Source: Bacteroidales bacterium (GTDB lineage: Bacteria > Bacteroidota > Bacteroidia > Bacteroidales > DTU049). Taken from it: a DNA stretch of 64,000 nucleotides. The position numbers and the translations under genes were made by a program. This document shows, in pieces, positions 12,950 through 22,872 of this stretch; the stretch's first letter is position 1; every line of letters starts with the position of its first letter. The stretch covers positions 1,706 through 65,705 of the forward strand of contig JAFGWG010000124.1 in assembly GCA_016937255.1 (NCBI GenBank), in the 5' to 3' direction. Below the pieces are notes generated by a model. The model had not been told where the DNA came from and searched no databases. It saw only the letters and a list, made by a program, of their open reading frames with translations.

Positions 12950-12951
12950 TT

Positions 12952-13269
12952 ATGGACCCAAAAAATCAAAATCCGGAAAATCAATTGAATATTGAATTAA
13001 GTGCTGAAGTAGCTGATGGTACATATGCCAATTTGGCCATCATTACTCACTCACATTCAGAATTTGTTGTCGATTTTATTAATATGATGCCTGGTGTGCC
13101 TAAGGCTCATGTGAAGTCTAGAATTATCATGACTCCTCAACATGCCAAAAGGCTTATGAAAGCGTTACAGGATAATATTATTAAGTTTGAAGCCAATCAT
13201 GGAGAAATTACCGACCAAGACGCGCCGGCTCCTCCTTTCAACATGGTAACTCCAGCCGGAGAAGCATAG
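12952..13269 (+). CDS. DUF3467-like small protein coupled to rpoC
   Basis: 105-aa ORF starting 2 nt after the rpoC stop. The core YANLAIITHSHSEFVVDF...TPQHAKRL matches my recollection of the DUF3467 family. A terminator follows. Confidence 0.6.
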   Translation: MDPKNQNPENQLNIELSAEVADGTYANLAIITHSHSEFVVDFINMMPGVPKAHVKSRIIMTPQHAKRLMKALQDNIIKFEANHGEITDQDAPAPPFNMVTPAGEA

Positions 13270-13275
13270 TATTCA

Positions 13276-13301
13276 AAGCCTCGCAGTTGCGGGGCTTTTT
13301 T
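13276..13301 (+). terminator. Rho-independent terminator closing the rpoBC operon
   Basis: AAGCCTCGC/GCGGGGCTT stem with loop AGTT, then a T6 run. It overlaps the stop of the convergent amidohydrolase gene. Confidence 0.75.
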
Positions 13302-14943
13302 ATTTATTGTGATAAACCCTTTCGCCACCAATAAATGCTTGCAAGACCTTAGCATGTAAAACGTCATTGGCGTCGCACTTCATTAAATCCGTATCCACAA
13401 TAATAAAATCGGCATATTTTCCTGTTTCTATGCTTCCTTTTTGGGTTTCTTCAAAATTGGCCATAGCCGCCCAAATGGTCATTCCCTTTAGTGCTTCTTC
13501 TCTGGTTAGTGCATCTTGAATTTGAAATCCAGTTTCGGGCCAGCCCTCTTTATCTTTTCTAAACACTGCAGCGTAAAAACTTAGGAATGGGCTAATCTCT
13601 TCTACCGGAAAATCTGTTCCCAATGGAATCCACCCATTTTGTTGAAGAAGTCTTTTATAGGCATAAGCATTTTCAATGCGTTGACCCAGACGTTCTTCTG
13701 CCCAATACATGTCGGAAGTAGCATGAGTAGGTTGCACGGAGGGGATTATTCCATAATTTCCGAATAAATCGAAATCTCGTTCTGCAAGAACTTGTGAATG
13801 TTCAATTCTCCACCTCAAATCTTTATATCGCTCATTATACATAGAATATACTGTAAGCATAAACTGATTTGCCGCATCTCCAATGGCATGAGTATTGAGT
13901 TGAAAGCCGTTTTTGGCACAGATTTTAGCAATTTCATAATAATAGGCTGAATCCATGAGGAGCAAACCCCTTGTGTCTGGCTTATCACTATAAGGTTCTA
14001 GCAAGTACGCTCCTCTTGAGCCAAGAGCACCATCAGCATATAATTTTACACTGCGAACACTTAGTCTTTCGGTAAGATATATTCCTTTATTAATGAATTC
14101 GCTAATATTTGCAGAATCGGGCTCCAGCATTGCATAAATGCGCATTTTTAAGGCACCATCTTTTTGTAATTGGTCAATAAGGTGAATGATATTATTGTGC
14201 AGACCAGCATCATCGATGGTAGTTAATCCATACGAAAAGCAAATTTTTTGAGCATCTAGAAGCGCTCTGGTGCTTTCATCTTCGCTTTCTTTGGGAATAA
14301 CATTTTCAACTAAAGTCATAGCCATGTCAATCAATATGGCACCTTGATTTTTATCACTAAAATAAATTAGCCCACCTGAAACCTTAGTATCAGAATTTAT
14401 ATTGGCCAATTCTATAGCTTTTGCATTCACCAAAGCAGCATGACCATCAATTCGTCGTAAGTAGATGGGTCTATCGGGAAAGAGGTCTGATAGTTTTGCT
14501 CCTGAAGGAAATTCTTTTTTGGGCCAATCGTTTTGATCCCAGCCGCGACCCTCTATCCAGCCATCTGGGTGTGTTTCGGCAAACTTTTTAACTCTTTCAA
14601 AAACTTCATTCTCGTCTTTACAATCTCTGAGGTCAACCTGCTGTAGGGTTAATCCATAGCCGTAAAAATGGCAGTGTGCATCTATAAAGCCAGGATATAC
14701 AGGGTTTTGTTTAGCGTCGACCATAGAATCGGATGTGTATTTTGAAAGAATTTCATCATTGCTTCCAACTGCTATTATTTTCCCATCACGAACCGCAAAA
14801 GCTTCAGCTGTTGAAAAAGCAGAATCAACGGTATAAACTATTCCGTTATGTAGTATCAGGTCTGCATTTTCTTTCATGGTACAGGCATTAAATATTACAA
14901 TGAGTATAAAAGTACTCATCATAAGAGTTCCTATTTTCTTCAT
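13300..14943 (-). CDS. Amidohydrolase-family metal-dependent hydrolase (YtcJ-like), secreted or lipoprotein
   Basis: 547 aa. Has an N-terminal signal ending in NAC, the metal motif PGFIDAHCHF, and later HAIGD and a terminal YADFIIVD segment typical of the Amidohydro_3 family. Confidence 0.75.
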   Translation of the reverse strand: MKKIGTLMMSTFILIVIFNACTMKENADLILHNGIVYTVDSAFSTAEAFAVRDGKIIAVGSNDEILSKYTSDSMVDAKQNPVYPGFIDAHCHFYGYGLTLQQVDLRDCKDENEVFERVKKFAETHPDGWIEGRGWDQNDWPKKEFPSGAKLSDLFPDRPIYLRRIDGHAALVNAKAIELANINSDTKVSGGLIYFSDKNQGAILIDMAMTLVENVIPKESEDESTRALLDAQKICFSYGLTTIDDAGLHNNIIHLIDQLQKDGALKMRIYAMLEPDSANISEFINKGIYLTERLSVRSVKLYADGALGSRGAYLLEPYSDKPDTRGLLLMDSAYYYEIAKICAKNGFQLNTHAIGDAANQFMLTVYSMYNERYKDLRWRIEHSQVLAERDFDLFGNYGIIPSVQPTHATSDMYWAEERLGQRIENAYAYKRLLQQNGWIPLGTDFPVEEISPFLSFYAAVFRKDKEGWPETGFQIQDALTREEALKGMTIWAAMANFEETQKGSIETGKYADFIIVDTDLMKCDANDVLHAKVLQAFIGGERVYHNK

Positions 14944-14949
14944 ATAGGT

Positions 14950-17658
14950 TCAATTTTTATCCCCGCTAATCATTTTCTTAATATTGTTGAGCTTCATTAA
15001 GGCTTCAATAGGAGTAAGAGTATCAACATCGGTTTGGAGAATTTCATCGCGTATATTTTCGAGTAATGGGTCGTCGAGTTGAATAAAACTAAGTTGATAG
15101 GGATTTCCCGATGATTTAACTTTGTCGTTTTCAACCCCACTCATGTCGCTCCCATGATCTTTTTCCAGTCGTAGAAGAATTTCATCGGCTCTCTTGGTTA
15201 TGCTTTGTGGAACTCCAGCCATTCGAGCAACATGGATTCCAAAACTATGCTCTGTGCCTCCCGGGATCAATTTACGAATGAAAATAATTTTATTTTTACT
15301 TTCTTTCACACTGATATGATAGTTTTTTATGCGAGGAAGAAATGTAGCCAACTCATTTAATTCATGATAGTGTGTAGCAAAAAGAGTTTTGGCTTTGTAT
15401 GCTGGGTGATTATGAAGATACTCTGAAATAGACCAAGCAATAGAAATTCCATCGTAAGTACTGGTTCCACGACCTATTTCATCCAGTAAAATTAAACTGC
15501 GCGCCGATAAATTATTAAGAATGCTTGCTGTTTCATTCATTTCTACCATGAAAGTAGATTCTCCTAACGACAAATTATCTGATGCGCCTACTCGGGTAAA
15601 AATTTTGTCAACAATCCCTATTCTGGCTGCATCTGCAGGAACAAAGCTGCCTATTTGTGCAAGTAAGGTGATCAGAGCAGTTTGTCTTAGTAAAGCAGAT
15701 TTGCCCGCCATGTTGGGTCCAGTAAGAATAATGATTTGTTGGGTATCATTATCGAGATATACATCATTTTCTACGTATTTTTCGCCTGGGGGCAACTGTT
15801 TTTCAATAACCGGATGACGACCTCCTTTTATATCAATCACAAAAGAATCGTCGAGTTGAGGGCGACAATAATTATTTTCTGATGCAAAAAGAGAGAAAGA
15901 AAGCAAGACATCCAGTTGGGCAATAATTTCTGCATTTCGTTGAACGTCTTCCACAAAGGGTAAAACACTTTGAAGTAATTGGGTATATAGATTTTGTTCC
16001 AGTACCAAAATTCGATCTTCTGCCCCAAGAATTTTCTCTTCGTATTCTTTTAGTTCTGGGGTGATATATCGTTCTGCATTGGTAAGTGTTTGTTTTCGAG
16101 ACCATTCTTCTGGTACTTTTGCCTTGTGAACATTTGTTACCTCAAGGTAATATCCAAAAACATTATTAAAACCTATTTTCAGCGAAGAAATTCCAGTGCG
16201 TTCAGCTTCATTGTGTTGTAAATGAGCCAAATACTCTTTACTCTCTCCACTTATTTTTCGTAATGCATCTAATTCTTCTGAAACACCATCAGCGATGAAA
16301 CTTCCTTTATTTAATGCAGCGGGACACTCTTCTTTAAGTTGTGTTTTTATTTTAGAGATTAGCTCCTGACACGATTTCAAAGGTTCTAGCAAGGTTTTCA
16401 ATGGGGTGTCCTGCGCGTTGATTTTCGCTTTAATTTCATTAAGCTGTTCAAGCGATAGAGCCAACTGATACAATTCGCGCGGGTTTACTCTTGCAACTGC
16501 TGTTTTCCCGATCAAACGCTCTATATCCCCTGGTTTTGTGAGCATTTCGTGTAGCTCATAAGACAAGGAATCGTGGTTTACCAAAAATTCAACAATGTCG
16601 TGTCTTTGCTCAATATCTTTTCGTTTTATCAACGGCATAAGCAAATAGCGCCTCAGCATTCTGGCTCCCATAGGAGAAGCTGTTCTGTTAATGGTTTCAA
16701 GCAGGGTTTTACCTTGGATATTATATGACTGAACAAGTTCTAGATTTCGAATGGTAAAATGATCAAGCCACAGACTCGTGCTATCATCGAGGCGGGAAAC
16801 ATTTTTAATATGTGGCAAACGATCTATTCGTGTTTCACTTATATAATGTAGGGCTGCTCCTGCACATATAATTGCTGCAGGCATCTTGTCGAGTCCAAAG
16901 CCCTTAAGATTATGTGTTTCAAATTGGCGGATTAGTAAATCATTTCCATATTGCTTGCTAAAAACCCAATCATCGAAACAAAAAGTATTGAAAGGGCCGA
17001 AATAATCGAAAAAAGTCTTTTGTTGCCGTTTTTGCAGAATAACTTCAGCAGGGTCCATATTGTGGAGCAAACGTTCAATATATTCCCGATTGCCTTCTGC
17101 CACCATAAATTCTCCAGTCGACACGTCGACAAACGCCACACCATTTATTGCATTATCGAGATACACTGCCGCAAGAAAATTATTGCTTTCACGTTCGAGG
17201 ACATTGTCGGAAAAAGCTAATCCGGGGGTAACCAACTCAGTAATTCCGCGCTTTACGATTGTTTTGGTCATTTTGGGGTCTTCCAATTGCTCACAAATGG
17301 CAACTCTTTGCCCTGCTTTGACCAATTTTGGCAAATATGTTTCAAGGCTATGATATGGAAATCCGGCAAGTTCGATATGCGAGGCAGATCCATTTGCTCT
17401 CTTGGTTAGGGTAATACCTAAAATACCAGATGCTCGAATGGCATCTTCGCCAAAAGTCTCATAAAAATCACCTACTCTGAACAATAAGACTGCATCAGGG
17501 TATTTGGTCTTTATTTCATTGTATTGCCGCATTAACGGCGTCTCTTTCACATTTGCAGTTTTCGCCACATTATCCTTTTCAACAAAAATATTAAAATCCT
17601 GCGAAGCACAGTCCATATTGATCATATTTTTTATCCCCAAAACTTGCAGTTTATTCAC
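14950..17658 (-). CDS. mutS: DNA mismatch repair protein MutS
   Basis: Contains TPLMRQYNEIK, GDFYETF, Walker A GPNMAGKS, and DEIGRGTSTYDG. The true start may be an internal Met (for example 17616), because the ORF carries about 40 aa upstream of the canonical N-terminus. Confidence 0.95.
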   Translation of the reverse strand: MNKLQVLGIKNMINMDCASQDFNIFVEKDNVAKTANVKETPLMRQYNEIKTKYPDAVLLFRVGDFYETFGEDAIRASGILGITLTKRANGSASHIELAGFPYHSLETYLPKLVKAGQRVAICEQLEDPKMTKTIVKRGITELVTPGLAFSDNVLERESNNFLAAVYLDNAINGVAFVDVSTGEFMVAEGNREYIERLLHNMDPAEVILQKRQQKTFFDYFGPFNTFCFDDWVFSKQYGNDLLIRQFETHNLKGFGLDKMPAAIICAGAALHYISETRIDRLPHIKNVSRLDDSTSLWLDHFTIRNLELVQSYNIQGKTLLETINRTASPMGARMLRRYLLMPLIKRKDIEQRHDIVEFLVNHDSLSYELHEMLTKPGDIERLIGKTAVARVNPRELYQLALSLEQLNEIKAKINAQDTPLKTLLEPLKSCQELISKIKTQLKEECPAALNKGSFIADGVSEELDALRKISGESKEYLAHLQHNEAERTGISSLKIGFNNVFGYYLEVTNVHKAKVPEEWSRKQTLTNAERYITPELKEYEEKILGAEDRILVLEQNLYTQLLQSVLPFVEDVQRNAEIIAQLDVLLSFSLFASENNYCRPQLDDSFVIDIKGGRHPVIEKQLPPGEKYVENDVYLDNDTQQIIILTGPNMAGKSALLRQTALITLLAQIGSFVPADAARIGIVDKIFTRVGASDNLSLGESTFMVEMNETASILNNLSARSLILLDEIGRGTSTYDGISIAWSISEYLHNHPAYKAKTLFATHYHELNELATFLPRIKNYHISVKESKNKIIFIRKLIPGGTEHSFGIHVARMAGVPQSITKRADEILLRLEKDHGSDMSGVENDKVKSSGNPYQLSFIQLDDPLLENIRDEILQTDVDTLTPIEALMKLNNIKKMISGDKN

Positions 17659-17706
17659 TTTTCACAAATGCAGTGTATCTTTGCATCATCACATAAAGTA
17701 TTTGGA

Positions 17707-18267
17707 ATGAAGAAAAGTCTTGAAGAACTCAATCGCGTTAGCAACGAAGAATACAAAAAAGCTTCAAAGCTACCGTTGGTGGTTGTACTCGATAATATTC
17801 GCAGTCGGCATAATATTGGCTCAGTTTTCAGAACTGCCGATGCATTCAGGGTTTCAGTCGTATATTTATGTGGAATAACAGATAGCCCTCCCAATAAAGA
17901 AATAGAAAAAACGGCATTGGGGGCTACACAATCTGTAGAATGGAAGTATTTTGAAAAAACAATAGATGCAATAAAATATTTAAAAAAAAACAATTACTTG
18001 ATTGTGGGGATAGAGCAAAGCCATAATAGTATCGATATCGGGGAGCTTAAAATCGAAAATTCAAGTTGCCCAATTGCTGTAATTTTAGGAAATGAAGTAT
18101 TCGGAATAGATGATGAGGTGCTGTCTCTATGCGATTTTATTGTGGAGCTTCCTCAACACGGAACGAAGCATTCATTAAATATATCGGTATGTGCAGGTAT
18201 CGTAATTTGGGACATCTATCGCCGCTTGATTTCGACATATCATGGTTTTAATTTGGAGAAAAAATAG
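17707..18267 (+). CDS. SpoU/TrmH-family RNA 2'-O-methyltransferase
   Basis: Motifs LVVVLDNIRSRHNIGSVFRTADAF, LGNEVFGI and SLNISVCAGIVIW. I prefer the ATG at 17707; the track start at 17644 would overlap the mutS start. Confidence 0.8.
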   Translation: MKKSLEELNRVSNEEYKKASKLPLVVVLDNIRSRHNIGSVFRTADAFRVSVVYLCGITDSPPNKEIEKTALGATQSVEWKYFEKTIDAIKYLKKNNYLIVGIEQSHNSIDIGELKIENSSCPIAVILGNEVFGIDDEVLSLCDFIVELPQHGTKHSLNISVCAGIVIWDIYRRLISTYHGFNLEKK

Positions 18268-18356
18268 TGATTGACGCATTTTTTTTTTTATATTTGTATA
18301 AAATTCATAGCTTTGCACTTGAACCAAAAAACTTAATCAATAAATAACCGGACCTT

Positions 18357-20111
18357 ATGAAAAAATTCAATCTTCAACTTGTCTCTGCAATACTTTTGTC
18401 AGTGGCATTAATGACTGGTTGTGGTCTTAAAAAGATGGCGAAAAAATACGACACCGTCAAGTATGAGACAACACCTGAAGTACTAGAAACCCATGGAGGA
18501 AATATCAACTTTTCTTTGAAAGGCTTTTTCCCTGAGAAATACTTTGATAAAAAAGTAACTGTTGAGTTTACTCCCGTACTGAAATGGGATGGTGGATCTC
18601 ACACTTGCAAAACTATTAAAATTCAAGGCGAAAAAATCACCGGAGACGGTGTTGTCATCAAGAAAAAAGAAGGTGGCGGCTTTGAATATAGTGATGTGAT
18701 TCCTTATTCAGTTGATATGAATGCTTCCGAGCTTGTTGTGAATGCAAAAGCTACTAAAGGGAAGAAAACCATCGAACTGGGTGAAGTAAAACTTGCTGAT
18801 GGTGTTATTTATACCTCTGAAAGAGTTGCTCGTGACGAAGAGCTTGCTATTGCTGAGCATGGTTATAAAAAAGAAGTACTGATTACCGAAAGCGCTAATC
18901 TTTACTTCGATTACAACAGCTCGAATCTCTCAATGACGCAGAAACTTAACAAAGAAGAAGCATCAAAAGAGGCCATTACTAAAATGCAAGAATTCATTGA
19001 GCTAGGCTGGAAAATCAAAACTATTGACGTTAATGCATGGGCATCTCCTGAAGGAGAAGAAGCAGTTAATTCTGAATTATCTCAGAAGCGTTCAGAAGTT
19101 GGCGAAAAATATGTTGCTGATTTCATTACCAAGCTTGACAAGAATATTGCAAAAGAAAGAAAATTGAAATACGAAGAAGTTAAACGCGAATACACTGTTA
19201 ATGCTAAGGCTAACGGTGAAGACTTCGACGGTTTCATGGCTGCAATCAATAAGTCAAGTTTACCTGAAAAGCAAGCTATTATCAATGTGATCAAATCACA
19301 GCCTGATAAATCACAGCGTGAGCAGGAAATCAAAAACATGACTGTTATTTATGCAGAAGTTGAAGAAATTCTCGAGCCATTGCGTCGTACAGAAATCGCA
19401 GTTGTTTGTTACGAACCAAAACGTACCGATGAGAATATCGCTATGTTGTCAACAACTTCACCTGATAGTCTGAAAGCTGAAGAACTTCTTTTCGCAGCTA
19501 CACTAACTGAGGATAACGCTACACAACTGAAAATCTACAAGTCAGGAACAAAAATTTATGCTGACAACTGGAAATTCTGGAACAATGCTGGTTATGTTCT
19601 TCTCGAGCAAAACGAATTGGCAGAAGCTACTACTTATATTGAGAAAGCAAATGCTCTTTCACCAAACAATCCCGTTATTTTGTCAAACATGGGCGTAATT
19701 GCTTCATGGAACAAAGATTACGAAACAGCTAAGTCTAACTACGAAGCTGCACAAAACGGTGGCATTAGTGAAAACTATAATCTTGGAATCCTTAAAATCC
19801 GCGAAGGCGATTATGATGGTGCCCTCTCATTATTTGGTGGCAAAACTTGTAAATATAATGTTGCTCTTGTCAATCTACTGAAAGGCGATTATACTTCTGC
19901 TACTAATAACCTGAAGTGTGTTAAAACTCAGAATGCTGATGTTTATTATCTGATGGCTGTAGTTGGTGCTCGTTCTGGTAACACTACCATGATGTATGAT
20001 AACCTGAAGAAAGCTGTTGCTGCTGATGGTGCATGGAAAGCTGTTGCTAAGGAAGATCGCGAATTCCTGAAATATTTTGACAATACTGACTTCCAGAATA
20101 TTGTGAAGTAA
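18357..20111 (+). CDS. Lipoprotein with an OmpA-like segment and C-terminal TPR-like repeats
   Basis: Lipobox LMTGCG. The segment WASPEGEEAVNSELSQKRSEV resembles the OmpA C-terminal-like motif. The C-terminus has TPR-like helices (AEATTYIEKANALSPNNP...). Function is unknown. Confidence 0.45.
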   Translation: MKKFNLQLVSAILLSVALMTGCGLKKMAKKYDTVKYETTPEVLETHGGNINFSLKGFFPEKYFDKKVTVEFTPVLKWDGGSHTCKTIKIQGEKITGDGVVIKKKEGGGFEYSDVIPYSVDMNASELVVNAKATKGKKTIELGEVKLADGVIYTSERVARDEELAIAEHGYKKEVLITESANLYFDYNSSNLSMTQKLNKEEASKEAITKMQEFIELGWKIKTIDVNAWASPEGEEAVNSELSQKRSEVGEKYVADFITKLDKNIAKERKLKYEEVKREYTVNAKANGEDFDGFMAAINKSSLPEKQAIINVIKSQPDKSQREQEIKNMTVIYAEVEEILEPLRRTEIAVVCYEPKRTDENIAMLSTTSPDSLKAEELLFAATLTEDNATQLKIYKSGTKIYADNWKFWNNAGYVLLEQNELAEATTYIEKANALSPNNPVILSNMGVIASWNKDYETAKSNYEAAQNGGISENYNLGILKIREGDYDGALSLFGGKTCKYNVALVNLLKGDYTSATNNLKCVKTQNADVYYLMAVVGARSGNTTMMYDNLKKAVAADGAWKAVAKEDREFLKYFDNTDFQNIVK

Positions 20112-20130
20112 GAAATATTACCAAAAACCT

Positions 20131-20158
20131 AAAAAGGAGGCTCAGGCCTCCTTTTTTA
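20131..20158 (+). terminator. Rho-independent terminator
   Basis: AAAAAGGAGGC / tcag loop / GCCTCCTTTTTT. Confidence 0.8.
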
Positions 20159-20172
20159 TTAGAAAAATGTGT

Positions 20173-20907
20173 ATGAAAAAATTAATAATTATAGCAGCTT
20201 TTATCAGCATTTTTGTGTCATGTGGCTCAAAACCCAATAATGACGCTTCTTCTGAACAAGAAGTAATGAAATATACCCTGAAAATTGATAATATCAAAGG
20301 CCAGGTAAAAAGCTATGAAGAATCTTTTCAAAATGTAAGTTTTGATGATGAATTCAATATTACAGAAGACAGCAGCGTGGAACAGAGCCAATCATACTCC
20401 ATTCGTTATTTTGATGAAAAAGGAGTGTGGGTTGAAAGTAAAATTTTCATGCAAGGAGAACTATTTTCAAATGCAATAGCTCAACTTTCTGAAGAAGGCG
20501 CATATATTGGAACCATTAATTTGAATGAAGCTGGTGATACTGTTTCAAAAACAAAGGTTGTTGAGTTTACAAGCAAAAAACTCATTGAAGAAAACATATT
20601 GGATGGTGAAGTTGTTTATCGTCGCACGAAGGTTTTTGATAATCTAAAAACCATAAGCATGGTGGTTGACAATATGTTTAATGGCAATACTTTGCATTCT
20701 GAATTTAGCTATTCTTATAATGAAGATGGCTTCATTAGTAGTTATAGCACAAAAACCACACAAAACGGCGAAGAAATATCAGCCTCTAAGCAAAATATTA
20801 AGTATCTTGAGTTTGATAATGAAGGAAACTGGACAAAGCGTCTTTCCTATAGTGAAGGTGTTTTTGAAGGTCAACTTACAGTTAGATCTTTTGAATATTA
20901 TAAATAA
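20173..20907 (+). CDS. Hypothetical lipoprotein
   Basis: Signal plus lipobox (FVSCGS). I recognise no other motif. Confidence 0.5.
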   Translation: MKKLIIIAAFISIFVSCGSKPNNDASSEQEVMKYTLKIDNIKGQVKSYEESFQNVSFDDEFNITEDSSVEQSQSYSIRYFDEKGVWVESKIFMQGELFSNAIAQLSEEGAYIGTINLNEAGDTVSKTKVVEFTSKKLIEENILDGEVVYRRTKVFDNLKTISMVVDNMFNGNTLHSEFSYSYNEDGFISSYSTKTTQNGEEISASKQNIKYLEFDNEGNWTKRLSYSEGVFEGQLTVRSFEYYK

Positions 20908-20909
20908 GC

Positions 20910-21560
20910 TCAAACAAATTTCATCATTGCCTGAATTGCAGCTGTAGCTCCGGCATAAATATCACTAATTTTTCCATCCAGCATATAGCATGGATTGGTT
21001 ATCAGTTTATTTGTCTTATCTACAACAATGCCTGAATGTGAATCAATATTGATATGAGTCGCACCAATCTCTTGAATATGAGCGGCTGTTCCTTCATCTG
21101 TGCCAATGGTGATCTGAGCCCCGGGTATTACTTTAGCTATTAGAACGGGGGAAATACACAGTGCTACGATTGGTTTTTTGCTGGCGTGGAAAGCCTGTAT
21201 AATTTTTTCTACTTCAGTATTAACTTTGAAAGCAGGACCATCAAATGCATAAGTACAAAGATTTTTGGCAACACCAAAGCCCCCTGGAAAAATAATAGCA
21301 TCATAATCAGACACACTCAATCCCGCCAGACTTGAAATTTTTCCTCGGGCAATACGGGCAGATTCTACCAACACATTTCTTTTCTCGGGTATTTCTTCAC
21401 CATTTAAGTGATTAATTACATGAGCCTGATCAATGTCAGGAGCAAATAAATCGTATTCTGCACCAGCCTGGTCTATAGCCAGCATAGTCATGGTTGCTTC
21501 ATGAATTTCCGCTCCATCGAAAACCCCGCAACCGGATAGTACTATGGCGATTTTTTTCAT
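20910..21560 (-). CDS. elbB: ElbB-like DJ-1/PfpI-family protein (glyoxalase III-like)
   Basis: 216 aa. MKKIAIVLSGCGVFDGAEIHE... and FPGGFGVAKNL, with a conserved Cys in ALCISP. Confidence 0.75.
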   Translation of the reverse strand: MKKIAIVLSGCGVFDGAEIHEATMTMLAIDQAGAEYDLFAPDIDQAHVINHLNGEEIPEKRNVLVESARIARGKISSLAGLSVSDYDAIIFPGGFGVAKNLCTYAFDGPAFKVNTEVEKIIQAFHASKKPIVALCISPVLIAKVIPGAQITIGTDEGTAAHIQEIGATHINIDSHSGIVVDKTNKLITNPCYMLDGKISDIYAGATAAIQAMMKFV

Positions 21561-21597
21561 ATTATAATTTCGTTTTTGCTAAAATACAAAATTTAGG

Positions 21598-21628
21598 ACA
21601 AAAAAAAGCCTGTTATAAAACAGGCTTT
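21598..21628 (-). terminator. Rho-independent terminator (minus strand) after the 21647-22243 gene
   Basis: AAAGCCTGTT/AACAGGCTTT stem with a 4-nt loop. On the minus strand it is followed by a T run (plus-strand A run about 21598-21607). Confidence 0.75.
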
Positions 21629-21646
21629 AGAAGATTAATGTATTTA

Positions 21647-22243
21647 CTATTTTGCTGTAAAAGTCATTGTGCCGGTAGTGGTTTCTACATCGCCATCATA
21701 GTTGGCAGAATAATCATGTACAATCACCAACTCACTACTGCTCAGCTTCTCGAAAGCATAAATTACATCTGGATCAAGAGATATACCTGACAATGTATAA
21801 CCGTCTCCACTCGTATAAGTCAAAACAATAGCTTCTTTATTTTTAAGATCAATATCCTCGTTGCCATATACCCAGCTCCAGATGCCACTATTGGTCTCTG
21901 AATCACCATCGTCAATAATGGTTTCAGTAAAAGTTCCATCTTTTGCAAACTCAACTTCACTAGAGAATGTGTAAGTAGTGGTATTGCTCGAACTGCTTCC
22001 TCCTACTGTATAAACGGAAGTTTGTGTGATAGTCGTTCCATCAAAACTGGTAGTAGTAGTAGATGTATAAGATGATGTAGTATACGTTGTTGTCATATCA
22101 GCACTTGACATCTTCCACTCGCGGGAAAGGCGACTGGTTCTTGACTTCAAAGATAAGAAAGGATCGTTTTCTCCTTTTTTGCAGGAAGAAAATAACACAG
22201 CAATTAAAACAATTGCCATAGAAAGGCTTAATACTTTTTTCAT
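21647..22243 (-). CDS. Lipocalin-like lipoprotein with Ser/Thr-rich stretches
   Basis: Lipobox FSSCKK. Has a W-K motif after the signal (SREWKMSS) and S/T tracts (TTYTTSSYTSTTTTS, GGSSSSNTTTY). It is a paralog of the next gene. Confidence 0.5.
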   Translation of the reverse strand: MKKVLSLSMAIVLIAVLFSSCKKGENDPFLSLKSRTSRLSREWKMSSADMTTTYTTSSYTSTTTTSFDGTTITQTSVYTVGGSSSSNTTTYTFSSEVEFAKDGTFTETIIDDGDSETNSGIWSWVYGNEDIDLKNKEAIVLTYTSGDGYTLSGISLDPDVIYAFEKLSSSELVIVHDYSANYDGDVETTTGTMTFTAK

Positions 22244-22327
22244 AATAATTGATTTTTAATTTAATTTCACAAATATAGAAAACATATTAATATGTGTTAA
22301 AAAAAAGAAATAATTAACACTGTGCTC

Positions 22328-22354
22328 AAAAAAAAGGCCCCTAAAAGAGCCTTT
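22328..22354 (-). terminator. Rho-independent terminator (minus strand) after the 22372-22809 gene
   Basis: Minus-strand sequence AAAGGCTCttttaGGGGCCTTTTTTTT: a 6-bp stem including one G-U pair, then a T8 run. Confidence 0.6.
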
Positions 22355-22371
22355 GATAAATATACAATATT

Positions 22372-22809
22372 CTATCTAACGACTAAATGATCTTCTTCAT
22401 TTTGTCCAAGAGTGTTTTCAAATTCAACCCATAACTCTTTTGAGGTAAGTCTTAAAATAGTGTATTCTGTGTTGTAACTGATTGTGCCAATCAGGGCAGA
22501 AACCTCAATTGTTTCTTTAGAATTAATGAGAGCCCATGTTCCTGTTTGAGTTACAACTGAAGCACTACCAATAACAGTAGTATAATCATATACACCGTCT
22601 TTTTTGAATTCAAAATAGTCATCTTTATCGTCTGTTGTTAATGTTTGTGCAACACCATCAACATATCTTTCATCAAGTTTCCATTGCTTTTGTAAACGCA
22701 TTGTTTTTGGAAGAAGACTTATAGCTGGGCCATCTTCATATTTGCCACAAGAACTCATTATAAAAACACTAATGAGAGCAAAGGCCATAAATTTTGTAAA
22801 CACTTTCAT
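22372..22809 (-). CDS. Lipocalin-like lipoprotein
   Basis: Lipobox MSSCGK and a QKQWKLDE motif. Beta-rich, 145 aa. Confidence 0.5.
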   Translation of the reverse strand: MKVFTKFMAFALISVFIMSSCGKYEDGPAISLLPKTMRLQKQWKLDERYVDGVAQTLTTDDKDDYFEFKKDGVYDYTTVIGSASVVTQTGTWALINSKETIEVSALIGTISYNTEYTILRLTSKELWVEFENTLGQNEEDHLVVR

Positions 22810-22872
22810 AGTAAGAGATTTTTAGTTTGAACAAATATAAAAAAATAATTAACCCAAAATACAATGGCTTAA

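Noticed and set aside
17644-17706. N-terminal extension of the SpoU/TrmH ORF (track start 17644) overlapping the mutS start
   Set aside because: The extension (MQFIHFSQMQCIFASSHKVFG) is not part of the methyltransferase fold and would overlap the divergent mutS 5' end. The ATG at 17707 leaves a sensible divergent promoter region.
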